A DNA stretch of 63,986 nt, counting the filler, from Reclinomonas americana ATCC 50394 (lineage: Eukaryota), in NCBI GenBank assembly GCA_048213135.1. It is 8 parts of 8 records of this genome, joined end to end, with 100 filler letters (N's around TTAATTAATTAA, not from the genome) between each part and the next. Parts side by side here need not be neighbours in the genome. Positions count along the whole stretch, not along the records: positions 11,323 to 27,708 come from AFZH01019987.1; 7 more parts are not named here. One strand, given 5' to 3'. Position numbers and translations under genes: made by a program. Shown here one piece after another: positions 12,035-24,475 of this stretch. Numbering within the stretch: the first letter of the stretch is position 1; each line of letters begins with the position of its first letter. Below the pieces are notes generated by a model that made no database searches, had not been told where the DNA came from, and saw only the letters and a list, made by a program, of their open reading frames with translations.

Positions 12035-15000
12035 AGGAATCGATTTCCTGGATCACCACACTCAGTGTGTTTGATGCACCTCTCCCTCCCTCTCCCCCTC
12101 CCTCCCTCCCTCCCTCCCTCTCCCCCCCCCTCCCTCTCCCTCATCTTCGCTCATCTTCACACCCACCAGCAACACGTACTGGCCAACGTTGTGTGCTTTG
12201 AGCGTCTGCAAAAATTTAGCGGCGACCACGAAGCCGAGCTGGAGCGCGTGCTGGGCGCCGACGAAGCGCAAGCGCTGCGTGTGCGCCAGCGCATGGGATG
12301 GAACTATTGTGCCGTGTATCAGCTGCTCGACAAGGACCCCACTGTTTCGTCTCCTCTTCTTCCACACTCTCATTCTCCTCCCCCCCACCAATCACTTATA
12401 TGCGCACAACATCGAGTAGTTGGGATCCGATCAGAGCCTCCAGCACACCGTGGAGCACCTCACCGCCATTCGCGTCGACATGGACCGCATTCGACACGAG
12501 CACCACTACTTTATCGTCTCCAACGGCGCCATGTATCTGTACGATGTGTCGCGAGTGCTCATGGAGTGCGATCTGGCGCAGCAGGCGGTTCCGTTTCTCG
12601 CCTACGCCATTGCGTCGTGTGAGGCGCACCTGGTGTTGTTGGCCGACAGATTTCTGCCGTGGCGCAACGAGTTGTACATGACCCTGGCTCGCTGCTACGC
12701 CAAGATGAATGTGCACAGTGAGGCACTGGTTCGTATGCGCGTGTGTGCTGCGCGCGCGCCCTTCCTCCCCCCCAACAAATCTCGCGCGTCTCCCAGAAAT
12801 GCATCGATCGAGCACTCGCGCAGCTGCAGATGGTGCTGTCGCTGGAGCAGGCCGACGAGGTGCCGCCGACAGCCGACGTGTTGCAGACATTCAACAATCA
12901 GCGCTCGCTGCTGCGCCAGTACCGCTTGCGATTAGCATTCTGGGCGCCCTCGGAACCCGTCAAGAATCCACAGACGCTGGCCAACGATCTGAAGGCCACG
13001 ATCGTGGACAGCACATGCTCACTTGGCTCGGCCTGTCTTGCGCTGCTGCAGGGACTGGAGTCGTTTTGTGTTGTGCCACGTCAGCTCGAGACGGAGCATC
13101 CGCCGACCGTGCGTGAGCGGTTGACGAATGCTGTGCAAGCGATTGCCGCCGTGGTCTGTCTTCACACGCTTGTCCCCGTACATTTTCGTGTTTCTCATAC
13201 CTGTTGCCGATCTCGCAGTTTAACGAGAGTGTGGAAGGACTGAAAAAGGCTCGTGCCGCTCCACCGTCGGAAGGTAAACGCACACGCGGCTTCTCATTTT
13301 TGTCGAGTCGTCGCTCACTCACGAGCTTCGATTTCGCACAGAGGCGGAGGCTGCTGCACGCGCTGCGTATTCTTCGCTTCCGCTGGATGTGCATGTGGCG
13401 CTGTTGGTGGCGGCAAATGCGAGTCGTCAGGAGGAACTGTTTGCGGTGCTGGAGAATCCGTGTCTTGTTCGACTGGCCGATGGTTATTTGCGTGGTGACG
13501 GCGGTGATTCCACTCGGTGTAGAAATTAAACTCACGGGATGTGCGGTGCAGGAACGGAGCCTGTGTTGGAACGACTCGCCTACCTCGTCTCGTTGTCGCA
13601 TCGCGTAGGTGGATTTACACTGCGTGGTCCGCTCGGTGACGGTGCGATGTGTGCCCTCTCCGTTTCATCGCCGTACCCTGCAATATCTTACTACTTTGTC
13701 GCATCGCCACAGATCAAGCGCACGAGCTGGCCACCACTTGCGAGGCCATCTACGACGCTATGTCGTCGGCCACCAAGGACGACGTCTTTGTGCAGGCCTA
13801 CTCGCATGTGATTGATGAGTTGGCGTCGCAGTTCTGGGAGACCGGCAAGGCGCTGCTGAAGGTCATTGAGATGGAGGCTGGTCGATACGCTGGTGTGTAT
13901 TTGTGTGTGTGTCGATGTTGGCGATCGTTGAGCGCAAGTGATTCACTAGTGGATCAGTGGTGTCCGACATGCCTGCACACGGTGCCTGTGTGTGCTTGCT
14001 GCGCGCGGCCGTGGAGGGACTCAGCGCCTCGCTGCGTCTGGACCCCGAACTCATCTCGGTGGTGTCGCTGCAACTCGCGTTCCTGTTGGAGGAGCGTGGT
14101 GATTTCAAGCAAGCGCTGTCGGTGCGTGACTTGTTGTTGTTATTTTGCGGGAATTGGCGTGACAGCACTCCAACCCTCGCTCGTCCCACGCAGGCCGTGT
14201 CCACGGCTCGAGCTGTCGTTGATGATTATCGTGACCGCTTCTCGCAACGCATGGGCGAGCAGTGCACGCAAAACGTGTCCACTGTCACTGCGCTGCCGTC
14301 GCTTCAACCGAAGTATCGTGAACTGTTGCGTATCTTGCGAAGTGACAATGCAAGCAAAGATGAACGCAGCAACTCACTCTTCCAATTGCGCAGGTACACA
14401 CCGCTCACGGGCACAGGACTGGCGCAGAATATTGCGTGTCTGCACGCTGATTTGTGGATCAACTCGTTCCGCTTGGAGCTGGTGCGCGTGTTGACGATAT
14501 TAACATCGTTCCTCTTCCCCGTTCTCTTATCATTGATGTGATCCGCGTCTCGCAGAAACAAGGACTGGCGGAGTTGCGTCAACAGCATCAGCGACGCGTC
14601 GCGGAGAAGATGGCGCAACCGGATGCCACTCGCAAGATTCCGTACGAGACCAAGGCGCACCTGTCAGAGCAGGCAGTGTCGCCACCAACTGTACCGACCC
14701 AAGTTGCGTGCGCAAGAAAAAGAGTGCATTATGTGAACTATGGTATTGACCATGCGTGCAGACCGAGGTCCGGCTGGAGCAAGAGCACGCCAACAATCCG
14801 TACGTGCTGTCGCTGTTGTACCTGGAGATGGCCAAGTACCGCGTACAAGGCGAGGCGCAAGCTCAGTTGCTGCAAAAGGCGGTGGCCGCGATTGCGCGTG
14901 CGGAGGCGGAGGAAGCTGAAGTATTCGAGCGTTGCGTGGCCTCCGACGCTGACCGCGCGTCATGCCTCACGTATTTGCTGATTCCACCTCACAGTGACCC

Positions 15001-18000
15001 GAACACCGACGAATGGGGTTCTCGGTCGCACGCCACTAGTGTTGCAGCTGGTCTCCAAGGGCTCCAGTCATGTCACGTTGCGCGTTCACACTCGTGATCC
15101 GGCGGCCAAGTATTGGGTACTCTACGGCAAGAACCTGTCTCTCGGCAATGTCATCTCCATGAACGATCGTCTGGTGCCGGGCACCGGCACGCCCGTGCCC
15201 GTGAGTGAGCCAGTTGCGTCGGGGAGACTACGTGGCGCAGCCATTGTGTGTATCATCACGTTGAGTTGCTCACTGTCTTTCATTCAAGATTCGCGCGTCG
15301 AGTCTGGCTGCCGCCGAGCGACACATCTTTGCGGGCGTCTTGCTGAATGGCGCAGGTGAGCAGTGGCGGGCGACTTGTGAGAGCGTTTATTTTAACTCAC
15401 CGCATCGATAATAGGCGACGCACTGGGCCCATTGTGCACACCCACTCCAGCACTGCTGAGCGCACACACACTACCGCTCCCGCTGCTGTATTCATACGCC
15501 GCACAGACGGCGTACGCCCTGTGCCTCACATCCACTGCTGCGCAGCCACTGCGCGGCAAGGGCGAGGTTTCGTCTGTCTCCTCAAGTCATCGTATTTTCC
15601 CTACTGTGCCTTGCGCTGATCATTGCGTGCAGACGTCGGCGGCCGCCGCAACCTCACAGCCACAGCAGCAGCTGGTGAGTGTGATCTTCGGTTGCGTGCG
15701 TGCAATGTGCTGCAACGCACTCACCTTTCTTTCCCCTTGTCTGTTGCGCAGTCTCGAGTGCATCCTGTCAACCAGGCTGGTGCGTCGCGGATCAAGACGG
15801 ACCACGTGGACTTCACTACTGCCTGTCTCCGCGATGCCATGGCTCCGTTCTTGTCAAAGAAACATCGGAAGGCATGCTGAGGCATCCGTGTGTGCTGCGC
15901 TCTCACCAGCAGACTGACACCTCGTTGTTTTCCGCAGCCTGGTTGGCAAGCGTCGGTGCTCACGCGCACCGCCCTCGATCAGAGTGTCTGCTTGACGGTG
16001 CCGAGCGCCGTGTTGCGCACTGTCACCGACGCACTGCTCTGCAGCGCCCGTCTGCAGTACGCGTCACTCACGGTGAGCAGCGAGTGAGCGATGGCATTTT
16101 GTTGCTTGTGCTCGCAACCGACTCCTGCTCGTCATGTGCAGGAGAGGCTTCTGGAGAGACCATCTGGGAGCAACCTCACTCGCGAGCAGTTTTCGCGCTT
16201 GGCAGCTGTGGAGCATGTGTTCATGGCTGCGCAGCTGGCGTGCGTGGGCGAGTACGACGACTTGAATCTCGAAGCTTTGGGACTGTTACTGGACGTGCTC
16301 AATCCGACGCTGCAACTGCCGTCACCGCCGTTCGAGCTGGCCGAACTGCTTCTGATATCCTTTCTGTCACATGCTCCATCTGCTGTTTTTCTCCAATCGC
16401 CGTCTCGTTCCCCTTGACTCAACCTTTTTGCCACGTTGCTTGCGAGACTCTGTTTGTGACAGAGAGCGCCAGCTTGTCGTCGCCTGCGGCCCAGCAAGTT
16501 GTCGCCAGTCTGCTCTTCCATGCCACGAATAGCGCGGCCTCTATCGGCGAGGTGAGTTCATTCCTCCCTTTCACTCCCTTCCTTCCTTTTGCACTCACTC
16601 GCTCGCTCTTGCATTCCCACTCTGGCAGACTGCGATGGTTCGTCGTGCGGTGGAAATCGCTTGCCATGTGATGCAGGCGATTTTCGCGGTCAACAAGCCA
16701 ACCGCCGACCCTGCGCTCGGTGCGTGCGAACAACTTCTCACCCGCTGCACTTTTTCTCTCTGCGCTCACCAACCTCCCATTCATCTCCAGATGTTGAGGG
16801 CATCCGTCGCGCCTGTCTCGTGCCCGAGCTCATCAATCTGGAGTGGTCGCTGCTGACGAATACGCGAACACGTGCAGCGTGGGTGGAGTTCGCCACCCCG
16901 CGCGACTTTGCCTCCAAGCGCGACATGGCGTTTGTCAAGTCCAGTGAGAGCAATCTGGGCGCGGCCATCACCGAGTGCAGCAACGCCGCCAACGACGCAC
17001 GCGTGTTTGGGCGCATGTCCGTCTTTGTGCTGGAGCTGCAACTCATGGCTGGCCAGTTGGAGCAGTGCGAGACACAGGCACAGGCCTTTGAGGACATGAT
17101 GTCGGCTCGTCGCCGTCCCACCAATGTCTCGCTGACGGCCGCTCGCGAGGAGGCCCCTCCGCCCGTCGACAATGTCAAGGGTGGCAAGAAGGGCGCCGCC
17201 GCCGCCGCACCAGCGGCTCCCGCCAAGGCCGCTGGTGGCAAGAAGGGCCCCGCATCGGTTGTGTCCGAGGTGGATGAGTCGCCAGAGGCGCTGGAGGCGG
17301 CCGCCAAGAGCAAGGCGGCAAGCAAGTTGCAACTGTGGTTCCGCTCCTTGACAGAACGACGCGCCAACATCAAGTTCAATGCGGCTCTGGCGGCGCAAGA
17401 CAATGTGTATCGCGCACTGGTGAGAGACGTTGTCGGTTGCTACTGCGTGCTCCAAGAATGTGTCTCATACGAATACGGGTTGTTGTAGATCAAGCAACTT
17501 CGCGGATTGTGCGCACAGCTGCGCATCACCGAGACACCGAATGCGCCACCTCCGTCGCCCGAGGCAGCCTTCCAGGCCGAACAGGAAGCTGCCGCAGCCG
17601 CTGCTGCAGCTGCCGCGGCTGGAGCAGGAGCCAAAGGTTTGACACCAAAAGTGTACTTGCCAGTGTGTTTCTTTGTCACTCACCTCATGTCTCTCCATCT
17701 ACAGGTGGAAAGAAGGCTCCTCAGCCGCCAGCCAAGTCCGAGGAAGAGATTCGCGTGGAGACTGAACAGCGGGAGCGTCGTCGTCAGGAGCTGCAAGACG
17801 GCTACGAAGACGCGCAGAAGAACTGGTTCTGGAGTGCAGCTCTGCAGCTTCCGTACGTGCACTCGGAGGCTGTGCTGACGTATGTGCGTCGGAAGCGAGC
17901 TGCCGCACCTTCACCGGCCCCTGTCGCCGAGTTGCCGCCGAACGAGGGTGCGTCGGTGGTGTCGTCCGCGGCGGCCACTGCCGCCGGAGCGTCGTCGGTG

Positions 18001-19767
18001 GCGGCCACGGTGACCGGCAATCCTGTGCTGGCGGCTCTCGATCGCTTTGCGCAGTCGGTGGAGTTGGCGGCTCGTGCCTCGGCGCCCCTTCTGCTGCAAC
18101 AGGGTTTGGTGCTGGCACGCAATCTGATGGACACCTGGCTGGTGCGCAACCCGGAGCGACACGGCGAGGCGGCTCCGATCCTGGCGCGCATCTTGCGTAC
18201 GCTGACAGAGGTGCTGGCGAGTGCAGGCAACCGTGATACGCTCGTCCTCACTGGGGAGTGGCTGGCCGAGATGGTGGTGCTGTGCATGACAGGTAAGAGA
18301 GGACAAGGTGCCTGTCTATGTTTCCTTTAGCCTTGCTCATTGGTGTAAAAAAAAATTGCAGGCCTCTTGATACACCTGCCCTCCAGTCATCGCCTGGTGC
18401 AGTACGGCACTCTGTTCGACTCGCACACGGAGCACGCATTCGCCACCTCGGTCATGCCCTTTGTGGTGGTCGCGCTGCAGTATCGCGGCGACGACTGCAC
18501 GGCGGCCGAGGACATTTTATTGCGCGCTCGCCGCGACCAGCCCAAGGTCATTCAGAAGGTGGATCGCTCGCGTCTCGAGCTCTCGCGCTTCCTGCTGCAA
18601 CACGCCGAGGTGTTGAAGGTGGATCGCAGCATTCCGCTGGCCGACGAGCCAGTGAATACCACTCTCAAGGTGCAGTTCTTGCTCAATATGCACCACAACC
18701 ACTGACCATTGCTCACCACCCCACCGTGTGTTATCTCGCATCTCGCAGAGTGTGTGCCTGCTCTACGACGAGGCCTCGGAATTCGTGCGCAACAAGGGCG
18801 ACTTTTCGCTGCTGACGACGCTGATGAACGAGTATGGCGACTTTTTGATGGCGCACGGTATCACAGACAAGGCACGCACCGTGTACGCCGACGCCGTCGA
18901 TGCCGTGTTCCAGACCGTGGACGCTCCCGCCAGCTGGCAACAGTTGCTTGCCGAGTTCGAGAGCCAGTCCAGTGGTCATGTGGGGTTCTCGGTGGTGGAG
19001 AAGATTAGCGCCGAGCGATGTGTGGGTGGCGTGGTATTGTGTGGCAAGCTGGCCAAGTACGTGTGTCCGGAGAGTCAGCAGCGAGCCGTGTCGCTGTGCG
19101 TGTTGCAGTCGGCGCTGTGCTCGTCGCTGTTGGCGACCAACGGTTCAACGCACCCGTTCCGGTCGGTGGATGCGGGAGGGGTGTTGATGCAGAGGGTGAC
19201 TGTGCCGGATGATTTGGTGCATTCCATGTCCAGGTGAGAAAAGAAAAGGGGAAGGAGAGGGGGCAATGAGGGAAAGGGGGAGAGGAGAGGGGGAAAGGGG
19301 GAAGAGACCAAGAGGGAGCAAGAGAAGGTGAGCTCAAGCGAAACGAAGAGGCGGGGTGAGGATCAGGAGAGGAAGACTGTATGAGAAATAGAAGAAAGAT
19401 TACGAAGAGAAATCGCGGAAAGGATGGAGGGAGACAGGGGAAGGGAAACTGAGAGGATGGTGCAAAAATGTGTGCTGTCGGGGTGTAATTTGCTGGACGA
19501 GGAAGTAGAGTTGGAGGGGAGTGACACACTCTCGAGATGAGAGGAGGAGTTGGGAAGGATGCAGCAATAGAGACTTGGCAAATGCAACGCAGAAGATAAA
19601 CTCTGTAAGAACGTTAGGCAGGGGAGAGAGAAAGAGACAGCAAGTTCAAAAGCAAATGTGTGAGAGAGAGTGGAGGAAGAATGCAGCGCATAACAGGTAG
19701 CGTGAACAAAGAATAGAGATGTGGCAAAGGAGACGCAGGAGTTATGAGTGTGTGAGAATGTGAGTAA

Positions 19768-19808
<41 letters not shown>

Positions 19809-22800
19809 TGAGAGAGTGGACGAAGAGCACAGAGACGGACTGTGTTATCGATGCAACAGAGAGAAAGAGAGAATGGATGCCTTGTGCATGCTGGAGAGAT
19901 GTATTTGATGTACAGATGTAGATGCATTTCTTTGGTGAGCACGGTCGCTGAACCCGTCTTTCTTTGCAGGATAAACACTGGCGCCCTTCTGGACAGTGTG
20001 CGCCACGCGAGCTTTGTGCTCTGCCAGTCCGAGCGGACGGCTGTGTACGCGCCGCCAGTGTGCGCGATCTTCGAGTATCTGGCCATGCGCGTGTTCCGCA
20101 GTGCGACACTGGTGACCGAATGTCGATTGCTGAAAGTGATGGCCTTGGCGCGCCTGGGTCGCTTGCGTGAGGCGTCGCGAGTGCTGCTGCAGGTGTTGCA
20201 GGGCGCCGATGCACCGCGCCTGGGTGCGTTGAGGAAGGGTGAGTCGTGCTGCTGTGCGTCAGAGTGGGGTTTCCGTCGATCGGTCACTGATTTTTCAGTG
20301 TGCACGTCAGACAATGTGCCTGCATTCTTGGCGCTGGAGCCGCAGTTCGACTCGAGTGTCTCGCTGGCCCACGAGGGCAATCAGCGATTCCTGACATTCA
20401 TCAGAGATCGGTGGAACAAGGCAAGTGTCGTGCTTGTGCGAGGAAAGGAGTTGTGCATGCTGACTTTTATTCCTCGCACACGCAGGATGACGTGTCGCGT
20501 GATTTCACACCTCTGTGTCACGTACTGCTGCGCGTGGCGCTGACCGAGCTGTCCTTGTCCGCAATGCGACCGTTTGCTGTACTGGCACTCTCTCCCGACA
20601 CGTGCGTCACTGTGTTGTGCTTGTTTCTCCCTCACCTGCTGACGCTATGTTGCGGTCACAGATGGCCTTCGCGCGACGCCGACCGCAAGGCCGTGGCGCA
20701 GTGGGTGACATTTGCCGGCAGCGTGTTGGACAGCGTCGGTGCGGTGCAGCTTGGTGTGATGAATCCGGCAGGTAAGCGCTGGCAGTCATTTTCGCGCCTG
20801 GCTGCATTGCGATTGTGACAATTGGTGTGCAGGATCGCCGGTGAGCCTGTTTACGGCGGCGCATACGGCTAGACTGCGTGCCGCACTGTTGTTTGCGCAA
20901 GGGCAGCATTCAGCGGTTTGCAATCGTCTTTGAGTCTCATGGTGTTTTCCTCATTTGAGTGCTGACTCTTTCCCGCCACGCAGACTCTGCGCGAGTTGCA
21001 GAAAGCCGTCGACACGATGCGGCAGGTGTCGGCCGGGCGCGAGCAAGACGTGCCTGCGTCGGTGGCGGCCGAGGAAAGCGCGCTGTTCCTCGGCGGAGGT
21101 GTGTACGCGGATTGCATGCGTCTGTACACGACAGCACTGCTGTCGCAGCAGCGCTTTGGTGAGTGCGCCGAGTTGTGCACCATGGTGATGAAGGTGCGTC
21201 AGGAGTAGCAGGAGGTGGAGTGTGTCATGTGTGCTTCTGTGCTGACGCGTACGTCAGGAGTGTGAGATGGCTCGCTTCGAGGCTGCCCGAGTGGAGTTCG
21301 AGTGCATTTGGTGTGTGGCGCACGCTCGTGTGGCAGGGGCCGGCGCAGCCATGTCGCGAATGCAGCCGCTCTTTGCTGCTGTTGCGTGCCTTGTTTTGCA
21401 TGAATGTTGTTATTGATGGTTTCAGCTTACATGCTATTCCACAGGCCGCGGCTGCCGATTGGTCGGGTACGACGGCGAGTGCCGTGGCCGCCGCCACTGG
21501 TGCACTTGCCCTCGAGATCAATATGCACGCTGTGAAGAATTCGGCTGCGTCGACGATGTCGGATCAGCAGGTGGCGGACATGCTGCGCGAGGGAGAGCGA
21601 CTTGCCGCGCGCTACATGACTCTCGTGGGATTGGATGCCGATGAACTGGTTGGTGGAGTTTCTTCGCACGCATATTGTGGACCGGGGAAACACTCATCTG
21701 CGCTGCAGGATCCGCAACGGTGGAACTGGTACTTGACGCACTTGGACGACTTTTTGCTCATCAAGTACCGCCTGGCGTTGGCACTGGTGCGCGTCGACCG
21801 CCACCCGGAGGCCATTGGTGTGCTGGAGTCGGCCATGCGATTGGTGTCGAGGGTGAGTCTTGAGGGGGGAAGGGGAAGGGGAGGGGGGAAGGGGAAAGGG
21901 GGGGAAGGGGGAAGGGGGAGAGGAGGGATAAGGAGAAGGTTGAGGTGGAGTTCAATATGTGAAAGAGAAAGAGAAGATGGTGGTGGAGGATGACGTGAAG
22001 ATGTTGTTGAAAAAGGTGGAGGAGGAGGAGGGTGGAGATATGTGTGAGAATATGAAGAGTGGGAGGGTGGGAAAGGAGGATAAGGAGTAGACTGAGGTGG
22101 AGTTCAAGATGTGATAGAGATGGAGGAGGAGTGACGAAATGTTGGTGATAAGGAGAAGGGGCGGGAAGAGATGAAAAAGAGAAGAAGACTGTGGAAGAGA
22201 CGATGAGGACGAGAAGGATCGTTGAGGACATGTGTGGGGGGAAAAGGAACGAGAGAAGCGGCGGTTCTTGTGAGAGGAGATGAGAAAGATGATTACTTGC
22301 TTCACAAGTGCATGCGAGGACTCCCCAACCCTTCTCGTTGTATCTGACATTTCCTTCCATTCGCAGTGTCCCTGCCTGGCACCAGCGACTGTGGTAGAGA
22401 GCATGCTGCTGCTGGCACGACTCTATCGCAAGCGCCTCGTGCCGGTAGACGTGTTGAAGATGCAGTGGGGTGGCACTGTGTCGCGACCTGGCGCCGTTTC
22501 CGATGTCGATGCGGCTGGCGCGGACGGTGCGGCGGCGGCAGCAGCTGCAGCAGCTGCGCCGGCGGCTGGTGCAAAGCCCGACAAGGCTCCAAAGAAGCCA
22601 CCGGCGCCAGCGGCGGCCGCCAAGGGAGCGAAGAAACCGGGCGACGAGGCAGCAGCTGGTGCCGGCGATGTGCCAGAGGCTCCTCCGATTGAGGTCGGAA
22701 TGGACATGCTGGCAGAGACGCCGGTGGTGCACCTGTTGATGAGGGTGCGTTCACATAATCAACTGTGCTGCAAGCGGTGGAGATACTGACTTTGCGTGCG

Positions 22801-24409
22801 CAGGCGCTGGGTGTGATCATTGTTGACGGTGCTCATGCTCATCCGCTGATTCGCACGGCGTTGAGCGAGCTCGCACTGCACTATGGTGCGGCAGATCTGC
22901 CGCGCGCCACGCACTTTTTGCGGCTTGCACAGAGGTACGACACCATTCTGCTGACAATTCTTGCTGGCTCTCTGTGCTCACGCTTACTGCAGTGTCACCG
23001 AAATGTACAACCGGCTCACCATGTACACTCACGACTTGGCGGCGCGAGCGCCAGCCGATCTCAAGACGTGAGTGTCGGCGAAGCACGCACATCAAGAACC
23101 AGTCGAGCTCATTCTCCCTCTGTCGCAGACTGCCGGCCTTTTGCCGCGAGGCACTGATCGAGGCTCACCAGAATTCGATGCGGACACGCGGCTCTGTCAT
23201 TGGATCCACGGCAGTGCCGCAGGAGGCCGAGTGTCTCACAATCCTGGGCGTGCTGTTGTATTTTGTGTCGCTGATGGGCGAGCTGTCGGCGTCGCTGTGG
23301 CCGGCGCAGCGGGCGGTGGTGGAGCGCAAGCTGTTGCAGGTGCACTCGTTCTTGCGCGAGTCGTTTGCACCGTACCGCGCCGAGTGCCTGCTGGCCGAGG
23401 TGCCTACAGGCCAGACCACCATGGCTGGTCTCAGCGACGCGTTCTTGGTGTCGTCATGGGTGTCGCTCGACGATCTGTGCACGCACGGCGAGTGGCCCGT
23501 GGAGGTGCCAGCAGGTATGGAGTTATCCGTGCCAAGAGGGTGAAGATGGAAGGACTCATTTGTGTGGTAGTGAATACGCGGCGCGCCTGGCGAGCCAGCG
23601 CACACATTGCGCTGTTGTACTCGTTGCATTGGAGTGCGCAGAAGCCATTGCCGACAGGCACCGGAACACAAACTGTACACAATGTTGAGTTGTTTGGCCC
23701 CGCCCTCTGTCACTTTGCATTGCTGACAAGGGAGGCGCAGCTCACTGTCGGCCTCAAGTACGTCCCTGCATTCTTGGTCAGCGATCTGTGCGCGCAATTG
23801 CGCAAGTTGCTGGTGGCCGTGCAGCAGCGCAATGGTGCCGATTCACCAGCCGTCGCGGCGATCCCGGTGAGTGTGCACGACAAATCAAGGACTTGCATTG
23901 AAGCATCCACAACTCATGTATGTGAACAGAATGTGGCGGTGACGGCCAAGAAACTGGTCAGTGGCGACTTTTGGCGGGAGGACGACGATGATGGTTTGAG
24001 TGGAGTCGAGAGCCGACCTCGATTCGAGCGCATCACTCACTCCTTCCCTTCCCTCCCAGTGATTTTGCAATTCGATTCACCGGAAGCGTACCTGCAAGAT
24101 GGCATTGTGCTGCCGCCTCCAGCTGGTGGTGGTGGAGAAGGCAGCGGTGCCGACCGGTGGGCGCGATACCCACTGGTGTTCACCGCCAAGGCGGGGTCGA
24201 TGGCAGACGCGCGTGTCCTGCACGTGTTGAGTCGACTGATGGACTCGGCAGTGGGTGTGGCGCTGCCACTGGGTGCTCCGGTGCCGGAGCCTGCGGGCAT
24301 GCAATCACACAAGGCGCTGTCGGCCGCGTTTGTGCGCTGGCTCGCCGAGAGTGTGCTGGGGTTGAGGAAAGCGGAGGCTGCTGAAGTCACGGGGAGCGAG
24401 GCGGTGTGA
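10629..24409 (+). CDS. CFAP54: Cilia- and flagella-associated protein 54 (central-pair C1d projection), multi-exon, spans the first gap
   Basis: Spliced N-terminus ...FVRRVVDTGELLVRHK|QHVLANVVCFERLQKF and HHYFIVSNGAMYLYDVSRVLM...AIASCEAHLVLLADRFLPWRNELYMTLARCY resemble the conserved CFAP54 N-terminal domain as recalled. Long helical protein with AGGKKG/KKPPAPAAAAKGAKK linkers typical of axonemal proteins. Stop at 24409. Confidence 0.8.
11043..11466. repeat. (GA)n microsatellites and (ACGT)n runs flanking the first assembly gap
   Basis: Visible directly; lies inside a CFAP54 intron (10981-12170). Confidence 0.85.
11223..11322. other. Artificial 100-nt gap linker (N44-TTAATTAATTAA-N44); identical linkers at 27709-27808, 31751-31850, 35563-35662, 47634-47733, 59981-60080 and 62854-62953
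   Basis: Identical length and a central 12-mer giving stops in all six frames. Confidence 0.98.
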
Positions 24410-24475
24410 AATACAATACAATAGTACGCGGCAGCGCGTTGTTGTTTTTTTAATATGTAGCTGTAGCTGCGCGCA

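Noticed and set aside
19234..19969. Purine-rich block suggesting an inserted element
   Set aside because: Bounded by GT..AG within CFAP54; no terminal repeats or coding capacity seen, so treated as a low-complexity long intron.
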